A DNA stretch of 64,000 nucleotides from an uncultured Anaerolinea sp. (GTDB lineage Bacteria > Chloroflexota > Anaerolineae > Anaerolineales > UBA4823): assembly GCA_964503145.1 (NCBI GenBank), contig CAZCYV010000017.1, positions 16,718-80,717 on the forward strand. Direction: 5' to 3'. Shown here piece after piece: positions 56,863 to 64,000 of this stretch (position 1 is its first letter; the number at the start of each line of letters is the position of its first letter). Made by a program: the position numbers and the translations under genes. The notes under the pieces are model-generated. The model saw nothing but the letters and a program-made list of their open reading frames with translations, had not been told where the DNA came from and did no database searches.

Positions 56863-57657
56863 TTAAGCCACGGCTGGCGGCAAATTGCCATTGAGCACCG
56901 CCAGCATTTGGGCATGGATGCCCGGCGCGCAGGCCAGGATCGAACAGGGGGCGCTCAGATAGTCGGGCCCGCCATGGGTGTCGCTGACTGTCGCCCCGGC
57001 TTCCTCGGCGATCAACCCGCCGGCGGCCACGTCCCATGGCTTGAGCCGCACCTCCCAGAAACCATCCAGCCGCCCTGCCGCCACATAACACAAGTCTAGC
57101 GCCGCCGAGCCCAACCGGCGCACGCCCTGGCTGAGCAGCATGAAACGAGTAAACTGCTCCAGGTTGTTCTCCGGATGAGTGCGAATGTCATAGGGGAAGC
57201 CGGTGACCAGCAGGCTCTGATCCAGGCTATCCACCGTCGAGGCGTGGATCGGCCGCCCATTCAGCCAGGCGCCGCGGCCGCGCTCTCCCAGATACATCTC
57301 GTCGCGCAGCGGGTCGTACACCGCGCCCAGGCGCAGCACGCCGCCCTCCGCATAGCCGATCGAGACGGTGAAGAGCGGCAAGCCATGGGCGAAATTCACC
57401 GTGCCGTCCAGCGGGTCGATGTACCAGACGCAACAATCTTGCCCAGCGAGATGGCCGCTCTCCTCGGTGAAAATGGTGTGTCCAGGAAAGCGACGCCGGA
57501 TTTCACCGAGCAGAAAATCTTCGGATTGGTGATCCACATCGGTGACCAGGTCGATCACCCCTTTGTAGTGGATCTGAGGGCGGCGGCCGTAGCCGGCGCG
57601 TAAAATCTCCCCGGCCTGGCGCGCCAGGGTTTCGAGGTCGTCTAATTCAGGCGGCAT
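56863..57657 (-). CDS. Inositol monophosphatase family protein (SuhB-like)
   Basis: 264 aa with IMPase motifs FTEESG, WYIDPLDGTVNFAHG and WDVAAGGLIAEEAG. Confidence 0.9.
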   Translation of the reverse strand: MPPELDDLETLARQAGEILRAGYGRRPQIHYKGVIDLVTDVDHQSEDFLLGEIRRRFPGHTIFTEESGHLAGQDCCVWYIDPLDGTVNFAHGLPLFTVSIGYAEGGVLRLGAVYDPLRDEMYLGERGRGAWLNGRPIHASTVDSLDQSLLVTGFPYDIRTHPENNLEQFTRFMLLSQGVRRLGSAALDLCYVAAGRLDGFWEVRLKPWDVAAGGLIAEEAGATVSDTHGGPDYLSAPCSILACAPGIHAQMLAVLNGNLPPAVA

Positions 57658-57660
57658 GGC

Positions 57661-58287
57661 TTATCCAGGGGGATACTGCTCCAGCAAGCGATAGAGTTCG
57701 TCGAGTTCCATCTCGATTTCTCGGCGGTGCGCGCGGGCTTCTTCTAGTAAAGCCCGAAAAGCCGGTTTCTGGTCTTCGGGCAGCGTTTCGAGCAGTCGCT
57801 CGGTGCGCTGAATCTGGCTGATCTTATGTCGCAGCTTGTTCTCCAGCCGATCGCGATAACCGCGGTAAAACTGCTCATCGTCCAGAGCCTTGGGCATGGT
57901 GGATGGCCCCTGCGTGAGCACCTCCGCCACGGTAAGCAAGAACTCCTCGGTGTCCACCGGTTTTTCCAGGAAGCGCACCACGCCCAGGCTCATCGCAAAG
58001 GCTTTGTCCTCCGGAGTGACATACGTCGCCGAGAGAAAGATGATCGGTATCCTCGACGTCTTGGGATTAGAACGCAGGCGATGCACCAGGGCGAAACCGT
58101 CCAGCTTGGGCATCAGGATATCGGTGATGACCAGCGCCGGATGTTCCTGGGAGATGTACTCCAGAGCTTCTTGTCCATTGCGCGCCGTAACGACCGGATA
58201 ACCCTTGAAACGCAGGGTCACTTCCAACAATTCGAGGATGTGTGGCACATCCTCGACAACCAGAATCGGGCCATAAGGTATGCTCAT
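57661..58287 (-). CDS. Response regulator with a receiver domain and a helical C-terminal extension (no recognised output domain)
   Basis: Likely start is ATG 58287 (MSIPYGPILVVEDV). The phospho-acceptor context is LVITDILMPKLDGF. The C-terminal ~90 aa are coiled-coil-like. Confidence 0.8.
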   Translation of the reverse strand: MSIPYGPILVVEDVPHILELLEVTLRFKGYPVVTARNGQEALEYISQEHPALVITDILMPKLDGFALVHRLRSNPKTSRIPIIFLSATYVTPEDKAFAMSLGVVRFLEKPVDTEEFLLTVAEVLTQGPSTMPKALDDEQFYRGYRDRLENKLRHKISQIQRTERLLETLPEDQKPAFRALLEEARAHRREIEMELDELYRLLEQYPPG

Positions 58288-58372
58288 GGGGCGTATTGTA
58301 GTCCTTTTTCGGAGCAGGAGCAATGCCGCCCGACCGCTTTTAACGCTGCGCTTATGTCACCCAACAGAATTG

Positions 58373-59026
58373 TTAGCCGACCCTACGCCCGCTGGCCTCC
58401 TCCGCCAGGCGCTCAAAGAAATCGACCATCATTTGATGGCGCTCTTCGGCGATCTGCCTGGCCGACGAGGTGAACAGGCGCTCTCTCAGCTTCACCAGCT
58501 TGAAACGGTATTCATGATATGCGCTGTGCGGCTCATCAGGCCCGGTTTGGCCACTGCGCAGGAACTGCTCCGAAGGCGGGGCATAGACGGGCTGTCCAGC
58601 GCGCAAGGCAAAGGCCAGCGCTCGCGCCGCTCCGATGGCACCGATGGCATCCAGCTTGTCGGCGTCGAAGAGCACCTTGGCCTCCAGAGTAGCTGGCGGC
58701 TCGGAATCATCTCGAAAGCGGTGCGCTCGAATGCAGTGCAGCACGGCGGAGACGCGCGCCTCAGGCCAACCTTCGAGGCGCAGCACACGGGCGGCGAATT
58801 CGGCCGAGGCATGCTGATGGCCCTGGCGCAGGGCAGGGTCGTCCGCCTGGGAAGCGAATCCATCGCCAGCGTCGTGCAGCAAAGCTGCAGCGCGCACGAT
58901 CTCCAGGTCGGCGCCTTCCGCTTCGGCCAGGCGTTCAGCCATGGCATAAACCCTCAGCACATGATCGAATCCATGCACCGCATCGTCTGACGGATACCAG
59001 TCTCGGGCCTGCTCAATCGTCGGCAT
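58373..59026 (-). CDS. HD-domain metal-dependent phosphohydrolase
   Basis: 217 aa with HGFDHVLRV...AALLHDAG (H...HD) and a downstream FDADKLDAIGA. Confidence 0.8.
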   Translation of the reverse strand: MPTIEQARDWYPSDDAVHGFDHVLRVYAMAERLAEAEGADLEIVRAAALLHDAGDGFASQADDPALRQGHQHASAEFAARVLRLEGWPEARVSAVLHCIRAHRFRDDSEPPATLEAKVLFDADKLDAIGAIGAARALAFALRAGQPVYAPPSEQFLRSGQTGPDEPHSAYHEYRFKLVKLRERLFTSSARQIAEERHQMMVDFFERLAEEASGRRVG

Positions 59027-59029
59027 GCG

Positions 59030-60280
59030 CTATACGGGGTAAATGCGCCCCTTCTTGATCACCGTTTGCACCAGGTTGATGCCGAAGCGGTAGCCCAGAT
59101 GACGATAATCGGCTACCGAGAGGATCAGCAGATCGGCCTGTTTGCCCGGCTCCAGTGAGCCAATGCGATCGGCGCGGCCGATCGCCGCCGCAGCGTTGAT
59201 CGTCGCCGCGGCGATGGCTTGAGCTGGCGTCAGGCGCATGTAGCGGCAGGCCAGCGCCAGCGCGAACTGCATGTTCTCGCACCAGGCTGTGCCCGGGTTG
59301 AGGTCGGTGGCCAGGGCAAACAATCCGCCTGCCTCCAATATCGCTTGCGCTGGCGTGTATTCCCTCTCCGCCAGTCCAAACGGCGTGCAGGGTAAGGCGA
59401 CTGCCACCGTATTGCTCTTCGCCAGAGCCTGGATATCCTCTGGCGAGGTCTTGACGAGATGATCCGCAGAGACAGCGCCCAATTCGGCAGCCAGTCTTGC
59501 CCCACCCAGATTATCGAATTCGTCCGCATGGATTTTGAGCGGGAAACCCAACTCCTTGGCCCGGGTCAGAATGGCGGCCGATTGTTCCAGAGTGAAGGCG
59601 CCGGTCTCGCAGAACACATCCACAAAGGGCATCTCATGGTAAGGCGCCTGGTGAGGCCACCATTCCTTCAGGATCGGCAGCATAGTGTTGCAGATCAGCG
59701 CAGTGTAGTCCTCTGGGCGGTCGTGAAATTCGGGCGCAATGGCATGCGCGCCTAAAAAGGTCGGCGCGATCTCGAGTGGTCCTTCCTTGTCCAAAGCAAG
59801 CAAGGCTTGGAGCATGCGTAATTCGGCCGCAGTGCGCAGGCCATAGCCGGTTTTGACCTCTGCCGTGGTGGTCCCGCAGGTGAACATGCTCCACAGGCGG
59901 GGGCGCGTCTCCGACATCAGTTTCTCCAGCGAGCCAGTGCGCGTGGCGCGCACTGTAGAGAGAATGCCTCCGCCCTCGGCCAGGATTTCGAGATAACTTT
60001 TACCTTGCAGGCGCAGCTCGAACTCTGCAGCACGATCGCCCGCCCAGATGGCGTGGGTGTGCGGATCGACAAAGCCCGGCATGACCACCCGCCCACCCGC
60101 GTCCAAATCGGGTTCGTTGGGAAAAGCGGCGCGCAACTCCCGCGTTGTGCCCACTGCAACGATCTTTTCATCCTGGATGAGCACGGCTCCATCCTGGATC
60201 AATCCCAATTGGCCCAGATCCCGACCGCGTTGAGGGCCGCCGGCCAGGGTGAGCAATTGCGAAGCATTGTAGATGAGCAT
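59030..60280 (-). CDS. hutI: Imidazolonepropionase (amidohydrolase superfamily)
   Basis: 416 aa with PGFVDPHTHAIWAG, YLEILAEGGGILSTVRATR, LKIHADEF and ADHL, all typical of HutI. Confidence 0.88.
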   Translation of the reverse strand: MLIYNASQLLTLAGGPQRGRDLGQLGLIQDGAVLIQDEKIVAVGTTRELRAAFPNEPDLDAGGRVVMPGFVDPHTHAIWAGDRAAEFELRLQGKSYLEILAEGGGILSTVRATRTGSLEKLMSETRPRLWSMFTCGTTTAEVKTGYGLRTAAELRMLQALLALDKEGPLEIAPTFLGAHAIAPEFHDRPEDYTALICNTMLPILKEWWPHQAPYHEMPFVDVFCETGAFTLEQSAAILTRAKELGFPLKIHADEFDNLGGARLAAELGAVSADHLVKTSPEDIQALAKSNTVAVALPCTPFGLAEREYTPAQAILEAGGLFALATDLNPGTAWCENMQFALALACRYMRLTPAQAIAAATINAAAAIGRADRIGSLEPGKQADLLILSVADYRHLGYRFGINLVQTVIKKGRIYPV

Positions 60281-60491
60281 CGAGACTGAGCCTCTCTATG
60301 GTGATCGGTTTGGACTGCGCAGGCAACCCAGCGCCTCTAGAGTAAGACGCCCTGACTTCCTGGGGAGAATTTTACCATCCTTGCAAGCGAACCGGCGATC
60401 AGCCAGATCAGGCAAACGCCTGCAGTGGAGTGCGTAATTCCCGATATTTTTCGACAAAATAGGTATAATTTACTTCAGGAGGTAGTGAAGC

Positions 60492-61937
60492 ATGCAATAT
60501 CGAATTGAACGCGATTCGCTCGGCGAGGTTCGCGTCCCGATAGATGCGCTATATGGCGCGCAGACCCAGCGGGCAGTGCAGAATTTCCCCATATCGGGCC
60601 TCAGGCCGTGGAGGGCGTTTATCTGGTCGATGGCGACGATCAAGCGCGCCGCTGCCGAAGTCAATCGCGACCTGGGGCTGCTGGATGCGGAGCGCGCTGA
60701 TGCCATTGTCCAGGCCGCCCAGGAGGTCATCGACGGGCGCTGGGATGACCAGTTCGTCGTCGATCCCTTTCAAGCGGGCGCCGGCACCAGTCACAACATG
60801 AACACCAATGAGGTGATCGCTAACCGGGCCACCCAGTTCATGGGCGGCAGGCTGGGTGAATATCGGGTGCTGCCTAATGATCATGTCAACATGTCTCAAT
60901 CCACCAACGACACAATCCCCACTGCCATCCGCCTGGGCGCCCTGTGGCGGTTGGAAGAACTACTCGGAGTGGTGGATCGATTAGCCGAAGCGCTGCGCCA
61001 GAAATCCGTGGAATTCGATGACATTGTCAAGTCTGGTCGCACGCATTTGCAAGACGCCGTCCCCGTGCGGCTGGGCCAGGAGTTCAGCGGCTATGCTCGC
61101 GCAGTGGAGCGCGATGCCGAGCGCATTCGCCGTTCGGCGGAAGGCTTGCGCCGTCTGGGCATCGGAGGCACCGCTGCCGGCACCGGCTTGAACGCACATG
61201 TGGAATACCACCCGCGCACGGTCAGACGCCTCTCAGAGCTGACCGGTCTGGCGCTCTATACCTCCGATAACCTGTTCGAGAGCATGCAATCGATGGCCGA
61301 CGCAGCGGACTTTTCCGCCGCGCTGCGCACCCTGGCGATCACGCTGACGCGGGTTGCCAACGATTTCCGCTTGCTGGCCTCCGGTCCATCCACCGGCCTG
61401 GACGAATTACGTTTGCCGCCGGTGCAACCAGGCTCGAGCATTATGCCGGGCAAAGTGAACCCGGTGTTGGCGGAGATGCTCAACATGGCGATGTTCCACG
61501 TGCAGGGTTGCGACCTGACCATCTCCCTGGCGGCGCAGGCCGGGCAACTCGAACTGAACGTGATGATGCCGATCATCGCCCATAACCTGTTCGAGAGCAT
61601 GCAGGTGTTGATCGGCGCCGTGGATGCATTTACGGAAAAGTGCGTGCGTGGAGTGCAGGCCAATCGCGCCCGCGCCGAAGTCTGGCTGGAGAAGAACGCC
61701 ATCATCGTCACCGCGCTCAATCCCTTGATCGGCTACGCCGCCGGAGCAAAGCTGGTGAAACAGGCGCTCGCAGAGGATGTCACGGTGCGTCAGTTAGCCA
61801 TGGCCAAAGCCGCAGCGGGCGAATTACGTCATCTGAGCGAAGATCGCTTGGTCACCGCGACAGAGATCGAGGCCGCGCTCAGCGACCTGAGACGCCTGAC
61901 GGAAGGCGGCATTCTCGGCGGCGCAAATATCGGCTGA
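60492..61937 (+). CDS. aspA: Class II aspartate ammonia-lyase (aspartase/fumarase superfamily)
   Basis: 481 aa. QAGAGTSHNMNTNEV is closer to the aspartase GGAGTSxNMNxNEV than to the fumarase TGSGTQxNMN. SS-loop GSSIMPGKVNPV. AGGAGG RBS. Aspartase versus fumarase is not fully resolved by eye. Confidence 0.8.
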   Translation: MQYRIERDSLGEVRVPIDALYGAQTQRAVQNFPISGLRPWRAFIWSMATIKRAAAEVNRDLGLLDAERADAIVQAAQEVIDGRWDDQFVVDPFQAGAGTSHNMNTNEVIANRATQFMGGRLGEYRVLPNDHVNMSQSTNDTIPTAIRLGALWRLEELLGVVDRLAEALRQKSVEFDDIVKSGRTHLQDAVPVRLGQEFSGYARAVERDAERIRRSAEGLRRLGIGGTAAGTGLNAHVEYHPRTVRRLSELTGLALYTSDNLFESMQSMADAADFSAALRTLAITLTRVANDFRLLASGPSTGLDELRLPPVQPGSSIMPGKVNPVLAEMLNMAMFHVQGCDLTISLAAQAGQLELNVMMPIIAHNLFESMQVLIGAVDAFTEKCVRGVQANRARAEVWLEKNAIIVTALNPLIGYAAGAKLVKQALAEDVTVRQLAMAKAAAGELRHLSEDRLVTATEIEAALSDLRRLTEGGILGGANIG

Positions 61938-61960
61938 CCGCCCCAGCTCCTGACAGACAT

Positions 61961-61985
61961 GTAAAGCTGTGCGCTTTACTTTTAC
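61961..61985 (+). terminator. Small terminator hairpin after aspA
   Basis: 7-bp stem GTAAAGC/GCTTTAC with loop TGTGC, followed by TTTTAC. Confidence 0.5.
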
Positions 61986-62074
61986 ACATACTTTATGGAT
62001 TTTCTGGCCGTCCCGGCTTATGATATGCCTCTGAATATATCGTGCGGTCCGATGAAAGCCTGGGGCGCCCAACC

Positions 62075-62290
62075 ATGGAGCAACGATCAAATCTCACCCA
62101 CCAGAAGCTCACCTTGCTCACCGCCAATGAAGCGGCCGAATATCTGCGAGTGAGCCTTTCGACGCTTAACCGCCTGGAGCGGCGCGGCCTGCTTCATCCG
62201 CTGCGCACGCCCGGAGGCCATAGGCGTTATACTTTGGAGATGCTGAACGAATGCCTCACTCACCGCAACTTAAGAGCGGAGATGCGGTAA
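62075..62290 (+). CDS. Excisionase/MerR-superfamily helix-turn-helix DNA-binding protein
   Basis: Start at ATG 62075. LLTANEAAEYLRVSLSTLNRLERRGLLHPLRTPGGHRRY is typical of the excisionase-type HTH_17 family. Confidence 0.7.
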   Translation: MEQRSNLTHQKLTLLTANEAAEYLRVSLSTLNRLERRGLLHPLRTPGGHRRYTLEMLNECLTHRNLRAEMR

Positions 62291-62293
62291 ACT

Positions 62294-63100
62294 ATGGAAC
62301 CATGGTACATCCTGGTCATCGAAGACGATGACATCGTCGCCCGCACCATCGAGCGCAGCTTACGCGGGGATGAATTCCGCGTGCTGATAACCAACAGCGG
62401 TGTCGAAGGCCTCAAGGCTGCCCGCCGCCGTACACCCGACCTGGTCATCCTGGATATCATTATGCCGGGGATGGATGGTTATACCGTCTGCCGTGAGATG
62501 CGCTCCGATCCCATCCTGAAGGACATTCCCATTCTGTTTCTGACTGCAAAGATCAAAGACGAAGACAAGATCGCCGGCTTCAAGGCTGGCGCCGATGACT
62601 ATCTGTCTAAGCCGTTCAATATTGATGAGTTGATCCTGCGGCTGCGAGCCATCTTGCGCCGGGCAAAGAAGCCCGAACTGGCGTTCCCTGATAATGGAAA
62701 TGTGGCCGCTGCGGCAGCCCCCTCGCCGACCGCCCCGACCGAGGCCGGAGAAGCCCAGGCAAAAGCCGGCCTAGCCGATAAATACCGCATCGAAATCAGC
62801 GGCTATGTTCTTGACACCCGTTCCTATGAACTGATGACCCCTACACGTGGCAAAGTGCGCTTGACGCCGGTGCAATATGAACTGCTCCACCATTTGATGT
62901 CCCATCCGGGGGAAATTTTTTCGCCCAACCGACTGCTCGATGAAGTATGGGATTATCCTTCCGATACAGGCAGTCCCGACCTGGTGCGCGTGCATATCAA
63001 GAACCTGCGAGAACGCATCGAAGAAGACCCGCGTTCACCCAGTTTCATCCGCACAGTGCCCGGTTATGGCTACACCGTCGGCCCAGAGCCCGAAGCGTAA
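62294..63100 (+). CDS. OmpR/PhoB-family response regulator with an unusually long Ala/Pro-rich linker
   Basis: 268 aa with a receiver domain (ILVIEDDD, LVILDIIMPGMDG, LTAK) and a winged-helix output domain (LTPVQYELLHHL...FIRTVPGYGYTV). Confidence 0.92.
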   Translation: MEPWYILVIEDDDIVARTIERSLRGDEFRVLITNSGVEGLKAARRRTPDLVILDIIMPGMDGYTVCREMRSDPILKDIPILFLTAKIKDEDKIAGFKAGADDYLSKPFNIDELILRLRAILRRAKKPELAFPDNGNVAAAAAPSPTAPTEAGEAQAKAGLADKYRIEISGYVLDTRSYELMTPTRGKVRLTPVQYELLHHLMSHPGEIFSPNRLLDEVWDYPSDTGSPDLVRVHIKNLRERIEEDPRSPSFIRTVPGYGYTVGPEPEA

Positions 63101-63105
63101 AAATG

Positions 63106-63135
63106 GGCGCGGTCATCGCCGCGCCGCTATTTTAT
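63106..63135 (+). terminator. Terminator hairpin after the response regulator gene
   Basis: 7-bp GC stem GGCGCGG (63106-63112) / CCGCGCC (63119-63125), followed by gcTATTTTATT. Confidence 0.6.
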
Positions 63136-63270
63136 TCAATCTTTACCCTGGTTTCACAGTCAATTTATTCAAAATCTGCGGCGGATGTGTTAAATTCTAG
63201 CCTAGATATTGGCCTGCTTTCGACGGCTGATCCATATCTACACCGTATCATCCGGTATGAGAGACTGCTG

Positions 63271-64000
63271 ATGCCGACACACGAGAACGATCTAAAAGCG
63301 CTCGCTGGCCTGCTGGTCAAGGAATTTCGCGCCTGCCAGGCCCTGTTGAACCTGACTCAGGAGGAACGCCAGGCGTTGGCCCAGGGAGATGTCCTGCGCC
63401 TGTTAGCCCTTGCCGAGCATAAGGACGCGCTGCTCGATCGGCTGAACACACTGGCCAGCGCTCGCCAGCTTCAGATCGCGAAACTTTCTGCATTGAAATC
63501 AACCGAAGATGAAACAGTCATCGACCATCTAAAAACGCTGGATCCAGACGCCGAACTGCAACTCGTCACCCTGTTCGAGGGCATACAGGTCTTGAAGAGT
63601 CAGGTGCGCGAGCTGGCTTTGGGCAACCGGGCGCTGGCAGCCACCGCTTTGAATCAGGCGGCTGCACTGCAGGCCGGTTTGGTCAGCAATACACAGACGA
63701 GCTTGCCGGCGTTGTTCGCCGCCATTCTGGCGGCGCGCGATGCACTGGATGCCCAGGACAGCGCGGCCATCTCGGCTGCATTGGGAGAGCTACAAAACGC
63801 TCTGAACACAAGCAATTATGCCTCCGTAAGCGGCCCGGCGCGCTTGGCGCCAGCCACATCTGAAGCGGTTCAGGTGCGTCTCGAACCATCATCCATCAAA
63901 GCTGGAACCAACATGATCGAATACATGGCAAACCTGTACCGCCAGGAGAAAGCCTACCGAGCGGTGCTTAAGGTCAGCAGCCGCATGCTCGCCAGCGCCT
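63271..64000 (+). CDS. Hypothetical helical protein with a FlgN-like N-terminus, 3'-truncated by the window end
   Basis: My own translation from ATG 63271 is open to the window end. MPTHENDLKALAGLLVKEFRACQALLNLTQEERQALAQGDVLRLLALAEHKDALLDRLNTLA resembles the FlgN chaperone family pattern. It is not in the ORF track because there is no stop in the window. Confidence 0.5.
   Translation, partial: MPTHENDLKALAGLLVKEFRACQALLNLTQEERQALAQGDVLRLLALAEHKDALLDRLNTLASARQLQIAKLSALKSTEDETVIDHLKTLDPDAELQLVTLFEGIQVLKSQVRELALGNRALAATALNQAAALQAGLVSNTQTSLPALFAAILAARDALDAQDSAAISAALGELQNALNTSNYASVSGPARLAPATSEAVQVRLEPSSIKAGTNMIEYMANLYRQEKAYRAVLKVSSRMLASA

Overview
This is a GC-rich bacterial chromosomal window around dnaA and dnaK. 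By impression only, the protein sequences look like a Chloroflexota-type organism. I can support about 57 CDS, one tRNA (Arg, anticodon GCG), several strong intrinsic terminators and a few promoter or operator candidates. I saw no rRNA, CRISPR array, transposase, integrase or phage genes.

Gene content, left to right:
- AI-2E transporter, dnaA, a 698-bp intergenic region, dnaK, selA
- peptidases, tsaD, a GT4 plus heparinase-II/III-like pair
- cydA, cydB and a fused cydDC
- glgP, lutA and a fused lutBC, arfB
- a solute-binding protein, dCache histidine kinase, response regulator and GAF-PP2C signalling operon
- a corrinoid methyltransferase cluster
- a large glycerol/dihydroxyacetone cluster
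- hutI, aspA and response regulators

Things most worth a second look:
1. A peroxiredoxin-glutaredoxin fusion whose peroxidatic Cys codon is an in-frame TGA. It is a selenocysteine candidate, selA lies in the same window, and the ORF track truncates the gene.
2. A GlpA-type glycerol-3-phosphate dehydrogenase flavoprotein that lacks its usual C-terminal domain. It is followed by SdhB-, SdhC- and SdhD-like genes instead of glpBC.
3. A six-gene corrinoid-dependent methyl-transfer operon of unknown substrate (DUF1638, RACE activator, methyl-THF methyltransferase, corrinoid protein, UroD-like methyltransferase, MFS transporter). A divergent GntR regulator is co-transcribed with a second corrinoid protein.
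4. A 560-bp non-coding leader upstream of glpF with a strong promoter, a 14-bp-stem terminator and five direct GGGTA(T/G)C repeats.

All functional calls come from reading motifs by eye. No searches were run.
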